A DNA stretch of 64,000 bases from Lachnospiraceae bacterium (GTDB taxonomy: Bacteria > Bacteroidota > Bacteroidia > Bacteroidales > Bacteroidaceae), in NCBI GenBank assembly GCA_963659505.1, contig CAVKUV010000002.1, positions 25,427 to 89,426 on the forward strand. The letters run 5' to 3'. A program made the translations under genes and the position numbers. This document shows, one piece after another, positions 46,953 through 56,764 of the stretch. Each line of letters begins with the position of its first letter. Within the stretch, counting starts at the first letter, position 1. The notes below the pieces were generated by a model that searched no databases, was not told the DNA's origin, and was given only the letters and a program-made list of their open reading frames with translations.

Positions 46953-49900
46953 ATGGCTACTAAATATGACGACATAATAAAGTTGCGTGGAGGCAAGGCC
47001 GCCTACGACATGGCTGAGGAGAAGCAGGGGGAATGGGTTTCGTTCATTCCCAACGAGCAGTTTAACTCAGTGCTACGCACGGTGATAAAGAGCGTGCGCG
47101 GCAACGACATCGACAACCACAAGAGCTTCTGGATAAACGGAACCTACGGCACAGGCAAGAGCCATGCCGTGGCCGTGATAAGCCACTTGCTTGGCGACGA
47201 AGTGAAGGACATACGCGAATGGGTGGACTATGAATACAAGGATAGCAAGTTTGACACCATCCGCCAAGCCATATACTCGCTGCGCGAAAGCAAGCGGTTG
47301 CTCACGGTGAAGGTGTATGGCCTTGGGTCGATGACCCATCCCGGCGACCTTGCCCTTGTGCTCCAGAAGGCGGTGACCGAGACACTGCGCAAGCACAAGA
47401 TAGAGATAGCCGTGCCTACCGATTATGAAAACTACATAGAGCAAATAGGCCAGAACCCCGAGATATGGAACCACCTGATAGACACCCACACGGCACTGTC
47501 GTCGGTGGTGACCGACAGCAAAGACCTGGCCGCGCACCTGAAGACGGGCGACCTTGGCCTGTTTCACCGCGTGGCCGACACACTGCGCGAGGCGCAGCTC
47601 GACATCCGACTGAACAACGGCAACATTAAACAATGGCTCACCGAGGTGCAAGACCGGCTGACGGAGCTTGGCACCTACAACGGATTGCTCATAGTGTGGG
47701 ACGAGTTTACCGACGTGATGACCGACGCCATCGGCGTGCCGGTGTTGAAGCAGCTGCAAGAGGTGGCGCAGAAGTTCATGAACGAGGAGAGCAACTCCTA
47801 CATGTTCCTAATCTCGCACCCCTCGGCATTCAACGGCATCGACACAGAGCAGCTGAAGCAGACCGACGGCCGCTACCACCGCATGAAGTATAACATGGAG
47901 TCGGTGTCGGCATTCAAGATAATGTCGCGCAAGTTTGAAATAATCGACGAAGCGCGTCACCAGCACATGCGTGAGCTGTTTTATGCGGCCAACCCGCAGC
48001 TGCTCGACATATTCACCGCCACCAGCAACGACCCACTGTCAACGCGCAACGACCTGTTCAACCTCTTTCCGCTGCATCCCGGCACGGCCAACCTCGCCAC
48101 CCACTATGCCACGGTGGTGGGCTCTTCGAGCCGAAGCGTGTTTGAATTCTTGGGGCAGAACGACTCCATACGCGAATTTCTCGACAGCGAGGAGCGGTAT
48201 CAAAACCGCGACACCATCACCGCCGACTACTTGTGGGACTATGTGCTGAAGGTGTTTCAGGACGACGTTACCAACTACGGCGCAGTGACCGAACGCTACA
48301 ACTCCTACAAGCTGCAGGTGGGCAACGAGGGCGAAGCCTATCTTGCGGTGTTCAAGGGCATACTGCTGCTCAACGCCTTCAACAACGTGTCGGGCGACAA
48401 CAACAACGGACTCGTGACACCGTCGGAAGACAACATTCACGCCCTGTTTGCCGGAACGCACTTTGACGACGAGGTGGACGAAGTGTTGCGGTGGTTCAAC
48501 GAGCAAGGCATCATCCAGCGTGCGCCGGGCGGACTCTACTCGGTGCAGTTCTCGGCCTTGCCATCGGGCGAGATAGAGGAGAAGAAGACCGAGATGCGCA
48601 ATGTGCAGTATCGCTACACAAGCCAGATACTCAACTTCTCCGACGCGGCCAGCACAGCCTTCGAGAAGAAGATGATGCAGAAGGTGATACGCCCCTACGG
48701 CTTCAAGTTCTTCTCCGACCAGCAGAACGAGGCCGTGCTGCGCAGCCAGATAAAGAGTGCGCGGAGAGACACCAAGACGAGCGCGCTATTCTTCGCCCTG
48801 CTCATGGCGCGCAACAACACCGAGCTTGCCACACTGCGGAGCTTTGCCGAGAGGTGTGCCGCCGACGAAGGCGACAAGGACTTGAAGAACATCGTCTACT
48901 TGGTGTTTGACGAGGTGCTTACCGATGCCAAGTATGAGCAGTTCATCGAATACCAGGCCAACTACGCCTGTGCCAGCAGCCACGGATTCATCGACCAGCA
49001 GAAGGTGCACCGCGACCATGCGGTGTCGATGGTGAAGGAGTGGATGGACAGCGTGCAGCGCGGCAACGCCACCGTGTACATCAACGGACATGAGAAGATG
49101 CCAATCTCGGTGAAGCACCTGTCGAGTGTAGTCAACAGCTCGATAGCGCCAGCCATATTTCCCTTTGGACCCGACGCTTGCGAACTGTTGAGGCAGAAGA
49201 CAGCCTCTACATTCTGGCGCCAGCAGAACTCAAAGGAGATAGTGCGCACATTCATATTCGCCACATCGAAGGAGGAGATAACAAACATAACCGCGCAGAT
49301 GCGCCCAGTGCAGTATCTGGTGCAGGAGTGCCTTGACGACAACATGGAGTGGAGGGGCTACGTGCCTGATGGCCACCCGTTCAAGGTGGTGTATGACAAG
49401 GTGCAGAGCATCATAAAGCATGCCGACAAGAGCATGCCGTTCAACTTCGGCGACAAGTTCTCCTTGCTGCAAGAGCCACCCTATGGTCTTTACGGCAGTT
49501 TCGCCTCAATGGCGATGATGGCCTTTGCCATTAGGCCGTGGGCAAACAAGATATTCGACATGCAGGGAAAGCCGCGCGACAAGAACGCACTTATCGACGA
49601 CATAGTGTGGCTTTTCAAGGTGTGGGACGACAAGAAGTCGAACTCCAAGCTCAACTTCAAGTTCCAGACACCCGAAGAGGGCAAGCTTTGCAAGGAACTC
49701 ATATCGCTCTTCAAGCTCAACAGCAAGAACAACGCCTACTCCGACGTGTCGAGTCTGAAGGATGCACGCTATGCCATCACGGCGGAGTTTCTTGGCAAGA
49801 AGGGCTATCCGCTTTGGTCGGTGAAGTACGCCTCCGATGCGGCGTTTACCGGTCTGCCCATTCTCATCAGGGTGAACGATGCGGAGCGCAAGCTGATAGA

Positions 49901-50417
49901 CAACATCGTGACCATCTGCATGGAGCGCGAGCTGCGCAACCCGCCATTGGTGAAGGAGACAATCGACCTCATCTCGGAGCTGCGCATAGAGATGAGGAAC
50001 ATACTCAATGTGGATGCCGCCTTCTCCGATGGTTTCAAGAACTACTTGATGCAGCTTGAATTCGTCAACATACAAGAGAACGAGGTGGACGAGGTGAAGC
50101 ACTTCGTGGAGCAAAACTTACAATCGACGGTGGGCTATTGGACCGAGGAGGAAGTGGAGAAGAAGGCGTTGCAGTGGAAGTCGTCGAAGAATATGCGGCA
50201 GCAGCCTGTTGCGCCACCGACACCTCCAGTTGCGCCACCATCTGTAGTGGCGGAAAATGCTCCTGCCACACCAACAAGCCCCGACATCGTTGCGGAAAAG
50301 CTCAAGCGTGCCAAGGAGCGCATAGCCAGCATAGCCACCCTCGACGAGGCCATAGCGTTGCTCAACAAGCTTTGCGACGAAGGTGGGGAGTGGCTGTTTG
50401 ACAAGATAAACAGTTAG
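46953..50417 (+). CDS. brxC: BrxC/PglY-like P-loop ATPase
   Basis: Walker A GTYGTGKSH, Walker B LIVWDEF, FPLHP; 1154 aa; directly upstream of pglZ. Confidence 0.85.
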   Translation: MATKYDDIIKLRGGKAAYDMAEEKQGEWVSFIPNEQFNSVLRTVIKSVRGNDIDNHKSFWINGTYGTGKSHAVAVISHLLGDEVKDIREWVDYEYKDSKFDTIRQAIYSLRESKRLLTVKVYGLGSMTHPGDLALVLQKAVTETLRKHKIEIAVPTDYENYIEQIGQNPEIWNHLIDTHTALSSVVTDSKDLAAHLKTGDLGLFHRVADTLREAQLDIRLNNGNIKQWLTEVQDRLTELGTYNGLLIVWDEFTDVMTDAIGVPVLKQLQEVAQKFMNEESNSYMFLISHPSAFNGIDTEQLKQTDGRYHRMKYNMESVSAFKIMSRKFEIIDEARHQHMRELFYAANPQLLDIFTATSNDPLSTRNDLFNLFPLHPGTANLATHYATVVGSSSRSVFEFLGQNDSIREFLDSEERYQNRDTITADYLWDYVLKVFQDDVTNYGAVTERYNSYKLQVGNEGEAYLAVFKGILLLNAFNNVSGDNNNGLVTPSEDNIHALFAGTHFDDEVDEVLRWFNEQGIIQRAPGGLYSVQFSALPSGEIEEKKTEMRNVQYRYTSQILNFSDAASTAFEKKMMQKVIRPYGFKFFSDQQNEAVLRSQIKSARRDTKTSALFFALLMARNNTELATLRSFAERCAADEGDKDLKNIVYLVFDEVLTDAKYEQFIEYQANYACASSHGFIDQQKVHRDHAVSMVKEWMDSVQRGNATVYINGHEKMPISVKHLSSVVNSSIAPAIFPFGPDACELLRQKTASTFWRQQNSKEIVRTFIFATSKEEITNITAQMRPVQYLVQECLDDNMEWRGYVPDGHPFKVVYDKVQSIIKHADKSMPFNFGDKFSLLQEPPYGLYGSFASMAMMAFAIRPWANKIFDMQGKPRDKNALIDDIVWLFKVWDDKKSNSKLNFKFQTPEEGKLCKELISLFKLNSKNNAYSDVSSLKDARYAITAEFLGKKGYPLWSVKYASDAAFTGLPILIRVNDAERKLIDNIVTICMERELRNPPLVKETIDLISELRIEMRNILNVDAAFSDGFKNYLMQLEFVNIQENEVDEVKHFVEQNLQSTVGYWTEEEVEKKALQWKSSKNMRQQPVAPPTPPVAPPSVVAENAPATPTSPDIVAEKLKRAKERIASIATLDEAIALLNKLCDEGGEWLFDKINS

Positions 50418-50423
50418 CGGCCT

Positions 50424-52841
50424 ATGTATAAGGAGTTTGCTTCGTTGCACGACCTTTGTCAGGAGATGGAGGCCGACAAGAATTGGACGGGTGCGGAGAG
50501 TTCTCTTCGCAACCGCTACCCAATACGCTTTGTGCTGTTTGAAAACTTCGGTGACTTCGGCGAGTTCGTGCAAGTTTGCCAAGACCATGGGGTATATGTG
50601 CAAGGCATAGAGAATTGGATGGCCGACGGTCAGGACGACAAGCTGATTACCTATTCGCGTTTGGCTGACTTGTTTGAGCAATACATCAAGAGTTTGCCAG
50701 CTAACGATTTTGTCATTGCGCCATTCTCCGAGATAACCCGTTTCTACGAAAACACGCGCTATGCGGAGTTCGACTCGTTGCTGAAGACCATACGGCTCGT
50801 GCAGTCGCCAGAGGACTCGCAAAACCGCCACCAACGCATATACGTGCCTATAATAGGCATGCAGAGCAAAGTGGGGAAGTTTAAGGACGACCCCAACATA
50901 CACATTTGGGAATACCATTCGGAGGCGGAGTGCCAAAACTACAGACTGGTGCTTACTTCGGGAACGACCTACGGCGTGCACGGACTTGAGGCTGGGTTCA
51001 GCGTCTGCGAAAATCTGCGTGAGTGGATCTCGCTATGGAAGAAAGCCGACGCACAGGTGAAGCGGCAGATAATATGCTCGTCGAAGTGCATATTCGCCAA
51101 CGCAGGCAATGCGCAGCCCGACAATGCCTTCGACTATACCGTGTGCCACAACGCCTTTGAGTTTCTCACGAAAGGTCTTGGTCTCGATTTCGGCACGTTG
51201 GCCGCCAAGGCCGACGACATGGCTTATTGGGAGGAATTGGCCGCAAACATCGACATCGACGACTTCGACTTTGAAGCGTTTGTCAACAAACGGTTTAACA
51301 CGGCAGACCTGTGCGACGCAAACTCGTTTGTGCAGACGTGGTTTGACTATAATGACGGCTTTTCGCGCTGGTTGCTGAAGAGCCATTTCCTTTGGCAAGC
51401 CACCACGCCAACATATCTTACACGTGTGCTGGAATGTTGCCACACGCAAAGCACGTCAGACCTGTTCTCGCTGTTGGCCACCCAAATATTCGACGAACAG
51501 TATGATGACGCAAGCCTCGTTATGCGCCGGGCTTTGCTGGATGAGGCCAAGAGGCAAAATGTGCAAATCACCCATATGGCCGAGCAGAAGGTGAAGGCCA
51601 AACTGATGGCCATGGCCGCTGACCCTGAGCGTGGACACTACTACGCCATGAAATACATGACTGCGCTAACGCGGTCGGAACAATGCCTGATGGTGGAGTG
51701 GGTAGGACAGGGAAAGGTGAGCGTGAGGGACATTCAAGTCCTTATGCCCTCGCTTTATGCCTATCTCTCGCCGCTGGGTGTACAACTGGATGACTCGACA
51801 GCATGGGTAAGCGAATACTTCGGTGAATATGCGCAGTCGAAGATTGCCAACATGGCGAGTGAACGTCTGTCGCTCCTGCTGAAGGAGCACAACGCTTCGC
51901 AAGCGGCCTTTGAGTCGTGGCGCGATGGCTTCAAGACGGTGAAGACGATTTTGCACAACCGACAGGACATCGATGTGTACTATTGGATTGACGGACTTGG
52001 CGTCGACTGGATACCATTCATTGCAAAGGTGATAGAGAAGCATCGGGTTGACGGTGTATATCTGAATGAGGTGTATATGGCGGCGGCAGAACTGCCCACG
52101 GTGACCTCTGTGAACAAGGCTAAGCTGGAGGAACTGACCGACGAAAGACTCGAAAAGATAGGCGACATCGACAAGTATGCACACACGCAAAAGAGCTATC
52201 CGGATTATGTTATCGACGAGCTTCGACTTGTGGAGGAGTCAATCGGCAAAATCCTGTCGCAATACAACGGCAAGAAGATAGCCTTCGTTTCCGACCATGG
52301 CATCAGTTATATGGCGCAGTATGGCTGCGGACTGAACCTCGCCGGCATCGAGTCGAACCATGCAGGACGGTGTGCCGTGTGGACAAAAGGGGCGGCTCCG
52401 GCATATGGCAACTATATGGTGTTGGCCGACGGAAAAACATTGTGCGCACTCAACCACAACTCGCTTTCGGCAAAGACACCAACAGGGCAGGGCGCGCATG
52501 GTGGCGCGACTCCCGAAGAGGTGCTGGTGCCTGTCATTATTGTGTCAAGCCAGAAAAACGCCAACGTGTATGCGGCCAAGCTGCTGACCACAGGGCTAAT
52601 GGCATCCAACCCCATTGTGCGATACAGCATAAAGGGACTGAGCAGCATCGACACGCCGAAGGTGAACTACAACGGGGTGGATTATGCGCTCCACAAGACG
52701 CAAGGCGACATATATGAAAGCGAGAGACTGAACCTTGTGGGTACGGCCACAAGACTGACGGTCGTGATTGGCGACTTCAAGCAGACTGACCCAATAGACA
52801 TCAACATGGGTGTTCAGGAAGACGACTTGTTTGGATTTTAG
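50424..52841 (+). CDS. pglZ: BREX PglZ alkaline-phosphatase-fold protein
   Basis: WIDGLG, AELPTVT, DKYAH, VSDHG, HGGATPEEVLVP metal-binding motifs. Confidence 0.92.
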   Translation: MYKEFASLHDLCQEMEADKNWTGAESSLRNRYPIRFVLFENFGDFGEFVQVCQDHGVYVQGIENWMADGQDDKLITYSRLADLFEQYIKSLPANDFVIAPFSEITRFYENTRYAEFDSLLKTIRLVQSPEDSQNRHQRIYVPIIGMQSKVGKFKDDPNIHIWEYHSEAECQNYRLVLTSGTTYGVHGLEAGFSVCENLREWISLWKKADAQVKRQIICSSKCIFANAGNAQPDNAFDYTVCHNAFEFLTKGLGLDFGTLAAKADDMAYWEELAANIDIDDFDFEAFVNKRFNTADLCDANSFVQTWFDYNDGFSRWLLKSHFLWQATTPTYLTRVLECCHTQSTSDLFSLLATQIFDEQYDDASLVMRRALLDEAKRQNVQITHMAEQKVKAKLMAMAADPERGHYYAMKYMTALTRSEQCLMVEWVGQGKVSVRDIQVLMPSLYAYLSPLGVQLDDSTAWVSEYFGEYAQSKIANMASERLSLLLKEHNASQAAFESWRDGFKTVKTILHNRQDIDVYYWIDGLGVDWIPFIAKVIEKHRVDGVYLNEVYMAAAELPTVTSVNKAKLEELTDERLEKIGDIDKYAHTQKSYPDYVIDELRLVEESIGKILSQYNGKKIAFVSDHGISYMAQYGCGLNLAGIESNHAGRCAVWTKGAAPAYGNYMVLADGKTLCALNHNSLSAKTPTGQGAHGGATPEEVLVPVIIVSSQKNANVYAAKLLTTGLMASNPIVRYSIKGLSSIDTPKVNYNGVDYALHKTQGDIYESERLNLVGTATRLTVVIGDFKQTDPIDINMGVQEDDLFGF

Positions 52842-52859
52842 AAGAATCACTATTTAGCT

Positions 52860-54290
52860 ATGCAGACATCAACAGTACAGAAAATCAGGGCGCAATTTGC
52901 ATCCATGGCCATATACAAAGACCCGGCATCGACAAACAGTTTGTTTGCAGGACGCAACTTGCCGTCGTTTGTAAAAGACTTTATCCTTAAGCGTTACATC
53001 AACGAGGATGGATCGGTAAACCGTTCGGGACTGACGGGATTTCTCGACATGGTGATACCGCAGCGGCAGACGGAGGTGAAAGACCGTTTGGCTTCGGGCG
53101 AGGAGCTGACCCTGCTCACCAGGTTCATCATATACATTGACTTGGTGAAGGGCGTGCGCCGCTTCGGCATTCCTGATCTTGGCATCAAAATAAACGAAGG
53201 ACTGATACCAGAGTATGTGTACAAGAACCATCAGGGCGAACTGGTTGACGGCGAGAAGTGGGGCATCATAAAACTGTCGGTTCTTCCCGACGAGAATGGC
53301 AAGAGAAACCATGTGGAGATGGTTGACTACAAGCCATTCAAGCCATACCGCTCTGTGGACATTGACTATCTGCGAGGAGCGAGGGCGGCATTTTCAATCG
53401 AGGAATGGATAGACGTGCTGTTGTCGTCTATGGAATATGAGGCTGACGGCTTTGAGACGCTGACGCAGAAAGTGGAGTTTCTTACCCGGTTGCTCATTTT
53501 TGTGGAGCCACGGCTCAATGTGATAGAGTTGGCTCCGAAAGGAACGGGCAAGTCGTTTGTGTTTGGCAACCTCTCAAAGTATGGGTGGCTCGTAAGTGGA
53601 GGAAAGGTGACGCGTGCAAAGTTGTTCTACGACAAAACCAAGCAACAGAATGGCATCATCAAGAACCATGACTTCACGGCATTCGACGAGATACAGACCA
53701 TCATTTTCCAAGAGCCGGCAGAGATACAGGCGGCCTTGAAGTCGTATTTGGAGAGCGGCAAGACCACCATCGACAATAATGAGTTCAGCTCAGAATGCGG
53801 ATTGATGATTATGGGAAACATTCCTCTCAACGAGCAGCGTCGCCCATCAAACATCCGTTATTTTGACTCGTTGCCGCAGTCGTTTCGCGAATCGGCATTG
53901 CTCGACCGTTTCCACTGTTTCATAGAGGGGTGGAACTTGCCGCGCGTAAACAAGGGCATAATCTACAGAGGATGGACGCTCAATGTGGAGTATTTCTCGG
54001 AGATACTCCATTCGCTACGCACGCAGAATGTCTATGGACTGCTGTTTGACGAACTTGTGGCTTGCGACAAGAATGCCGACACGCGTGATTTCAATGCGGT
54101 GAAGCGCATCGCAGTGGCCTACATGAAACTGTTTTTCCCCCATTGGACGCACGCAAGCGATGTCAACCGTGCTGATTTCGAGACTTACTGTCTGCAGCCT
54201 GCCGTCTACCGCCGTGGCATCATTAAGGAGCAGTGCCATTACATCGATGTGGAGTTCAAGACAGCAATGCCCCAATTCTGGTTGCGTTAG
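52860..54290 (+). CDS. brxL: BrxL-like AAA+/MCM-type ATPase (no C-terminal Lon protease domain)
   Basis: EWIDVLLSS, NVIELAPKGTGKS, FDEIQ, LKSYLESG, ALLDRFH, GW; 476 aa. Confidence 0.88.
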   Translation: MQTSTVQKIRAQFASMAIYKDPASTNSLFAGRNLPSFVKDFILKRYINEDGSVNRSGLTGFLDMVIPQRQTEVKDRLASGEELTLLTRFIIYIDLVKGVRRFGIPDLGIKINEGLIPEYVYKNHQGELVDGEKWGIIKLSVLPDENGKRNHVEMVDYKPFKPYRSVDIDYLRGARAAFSIEEWIDVLLSSMEYEADGFETLTQKVEFLTRLLIFVEPRLNVIELAPKGTGKSFVFGNLSKYGWLVSGGKVTRAKLFYDKTKQQNGIIKNHDFTAFDEIQTIIFQEPAEIQAALKSYLESGKTTIDNNEFSSECGLMIMGNIPLNEQRRPSNIRYFDSLPQSFRESALLDRFHCFIEGWNLPRVNKGIIYRGWTLNVEYFSEILHSLRTQNVYGLLFDELVACDKNADTRDFNAVKRIAVAYMKLFFPHWTHASDVNRADFETYCLQPAVYRRGIIKEQCHYIDVEFKTAMPQFWLR

Positions 54291-54332
54291 TTGGGGTGCT
54301 ATTCTTTCTATCCCCCCCCCCCCCACACACAC

Positions 54333-55058
54333 TCACCACAACGCCTTTACGGCAAACCACACGATGGGCACGAAGAGAGAGGGTAGGAGGTTGAGCGTCT
54401 TGCAGTCTTTCAGGTTGAGCAGCGACAGGCCGCTGCCGGTGATGAGCAGTCCGCCAACGATGAGCAGTTCGGTCATCAGCGCGTCGCTCACGGCCTGGCT
54501 CGACATCTGCGCCACCACGTAGAACGCGCCTTGCCACAGAAACAGCACTGGGGCGGAGAGCATCATGCCAATGCCATAGGTTGAGGCGAACACGCACGAC
54601 GACACGAAGTCGAGCGTGGCGTTGGTGAAGAGCAGGGTGTTGTCGCCCTTGAGCGCACTCATTACTGGACCAAGCATCGACAGCGGGCCGATGCAATAGA
54701 GCAGGATGGTGGTGATGAGGCCATCGGCAAACGACGATGACGACGGCTGGCCGCCAGTGGCGTTTGCCTGTTGCGTGGGGTTCTTTCGTGTGCGCCGCTC
54801 TATGAGGCGGCGGAAGCGGCCGTCGAGGTCGAGCCTGGTGCCCACCACGCTGCCTATGGCGATGGATAGAATGAAGAGCACGGGATATTGGCTGTCCTTC
54901 ATGTGGGATATGGAGGCGTTGAGACCTATGGCGAGCGAGGCGATGCCCAGCGAGTCGTAGAGCGTCTGCTTGTATTTGTCCTTTACTCCACTGTGCAGCA
55001 GTGTGCCGATGATGGTGCCTATGACGATGGCACCGGTGTTGACGATTGTTCCTAACAT
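54333..55058 (-). CDS. DUF554 family membrane protein
   Basis: GTIVN, LYCIGPLS, LDFVSS..FASTYGIG, NLLPSL; multiple TM segments. Confidence 0.9.
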   Translation of the reverse strand: MLGTIVNTGAIVIGTIIGTLLHSGVKDKYKQTLYDSLGIASLAIGLNASISHMKDSQYPVLFILSIAIGSVVGTRLDLDGRFRRLIERRTRKNPTQQANATGGQPSSSSFADGLITTILLYCIGPLSMLGPVMSALKGDNTLLFTNATLDFVSSCVFASTYGIGMMLSAPVLFLWQGAFYVVAQMSSQAVSDALMTELLIVGGLLITGSGLSLLNLKDCKTLNLLPSLFVPIVWFAVKALW

Positions 55059-55074
55059 AAAAAAAAGAGTTGTG

Positions 55075-55104
55075 CAAAGTTACGAAAATAAATTGGTAAC
55101 TTTG
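55075..55104. promoter_or_regulatory. Back-to-back divergent -7 boxes for DUF554 and the decarboxylase
   Basis: TAACTTTG on - (55075-55082) and on + (55097-55104). Confidence 0.6.
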
Positions 55105-55237
55105 CAACGGACGTTCGCATGAGGGGCGGATTGTCCACAGAGGGGTTATATAAACTACAGCCGTAAACAATTTCGGCCAACCGTACAAGTTAGACTGACT
55201 TATGTAACCGTCACTAAGACAACAACCTTAGACAAAT

Positions 55238-56464
55238 ATGAAAAATAGACTATTATTGACAGCACTGGCGTTGGCATTGTCGTGCAGCATGGCAACTAAC
55301 GCCCAAACAACGAAGACATCGGGATTTGAGAAACTTGACAAGTGGGCTTCCGGCTGCATGGGCAAAAGCAAGATGTCGCTCGGCTATCCGGGCAACAACG
55401 ACATAAAGCTGCACGACTTCTACAAGTGGTATACGAAAAACAACCTGGAGTCGGTGATAGTGAACAATGCCGGCGACCCGTTTGCCGACGGCGACCACAC
55501 CCTCTCATCGCTCGACTTCGAGAGAGAGGTGATAGAGTATTTCGGTCCGAAATACGGCTTCGACAAAGACAACCTGTGGGGACTGGTGACCATGAGCGGA
55601 ACCGACGGCAACAACCACGGAATATATTTCGGGGTGAACTACCTGAAGCGGCTTACAGGCAAGATGCCCATAGTGTATGTCTCCGACGAGGCCCACTACA
55701 GCAACTACCGCCTTTGCGACCTGCAACACTTGGACGTGAGGCTCGTGGGCAGCGACGACATGGGGCGCATGATACCCGACTCGCTGGAGAAGGCACTCGA
55801 CCCGACGCGCCCCTGCCTGATGATTTTCGCCATGGGATCGACGCTCAAGGGAGCCATCGACGACCAGAAGGCACTCAACAAGGTGCTTGCGCGGCATGGC
55901 GACATGAAGGTGTACCGCCATGTTGACGCCGCCCTGTTTGGCGGCTACCTCCCGTTTACTGACGACCGTGACCTTGTTGACCGCAGGGTGTCTGACTTTG
56001 AGTCGATAAGCATCAGCGGCCACAAGTTTTTCGGCATCGACAGTCCGTGCGGCCTGTTCATCACGTCGCGCGACGTGTATGACAACCAAACCACATTCGA
56101 CATACCATACCTCAACGCCAACATGCGCATGATAAACTGTTCGCGGTCGGGCGTGGAGCCGCTGAAGTTCTGGTGGCTCATACAGGCCGAGGGCGACGAG
56201 GGCTGGACGCGCCAGGCGGCGCAGATTAAGGACAACACCAAATACCTGAAGTCGCAGCTTGAGAGCATACATTGGCCATATTGGCAAAACAAATACAGCA
56301 ACACGGTGCTGTTCAAGCGCCCTTCCGACAAGATGGTGGCCAAATACAACCTTGCCTGTGGCGAGGCTTTCGGACAGAAGGTGTCGCACATTGTAGTGAT
56401 GCAGCACGTCACGCGAAAGGCCATCGACGCGTTTGTGGCCGACTTGGCTGCGGAGAGGAATTGA
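55238..56464 (+). CDS. Group II PLP-dependent amino-acid decarboxylase (histidine/serine decarboxylase family) with N-terminal signal peptide
   Basis: GYPGN, NNAGDPF, GTDGN, AHYS, KGAIDD, HVDAALFG, SGHKFFG (PLP Lys), HIVVMQHV. Confidence 0.88.
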   Translation: MKNRLLLTALALALSCSMATNAQTTKTSGFEKLDKWASGCMGKSKMSLGYPGNNDIKLHDFYKWYTKNNLESVIVNNAGDPFADGDHTLSSLDFEREVIEYFGPKYGFDKDNLWGLVTMSGTDGNNHGIYFGVNYLKRLTGKMPIVYVSDEAHYSNYRLCDLQHLDVRLVGSDDMGRMIPDSLEKALDPTRPCLMIFAMGSTLKGAIDDQKALNKVLARHGDMKVYRHVDAALFGGYLPFTDDRDLVDRRVSDFESISISGHKFFGIDSPCGLFITSRDVYDNQTTFDIPYLNANMRMINCSRSGVEPLKFWWLIQAEGDEGWTRQAAQIKDNTKYLKSQLESIHWPYWQNKYSNTVLFKRPSDKMVAKYNLACGEAFGQKVSHIVVMQHVTRKAIDAFVADLAAERN

Positions 56465-56764
56465 CGGCGCACACGGCTTTTTGAACATTACTGAGTACCT
56501 AAAAAGTGTGATTTTCAAGTTTTTATTCATCGTGCGACAATAGCTCATAGGCTCAATATGCTGGGGTGTGGCAGTGTGCGTAATGCAGCTAACTGTCATG
56601 TTAATAGAAACTTAGCCTGAGTAATTGTCTATGCGCAGTTGTGGCGGCAAGCCCCCTAAGCATCAGTGAAAGAAGCTGATGCTTAGGGAAGGTATTGTCT
56701 GAAAGACTGTTTTTTCGTAATTTTGCAGCCTTGAAATAAATAATTCACAACCATAAAAGACAGA

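Noticed and set aside
42734..54290. Prophage or ICE carrying the defence island
   Set aside because: No integrase, relaxase, tRNA target or flanking direct repeats recognised
54312..54324. C13 homopolymer as a phase-variation switch
   Set aside because: Lies between two convergent stop codons, not in a promoter or coding frame
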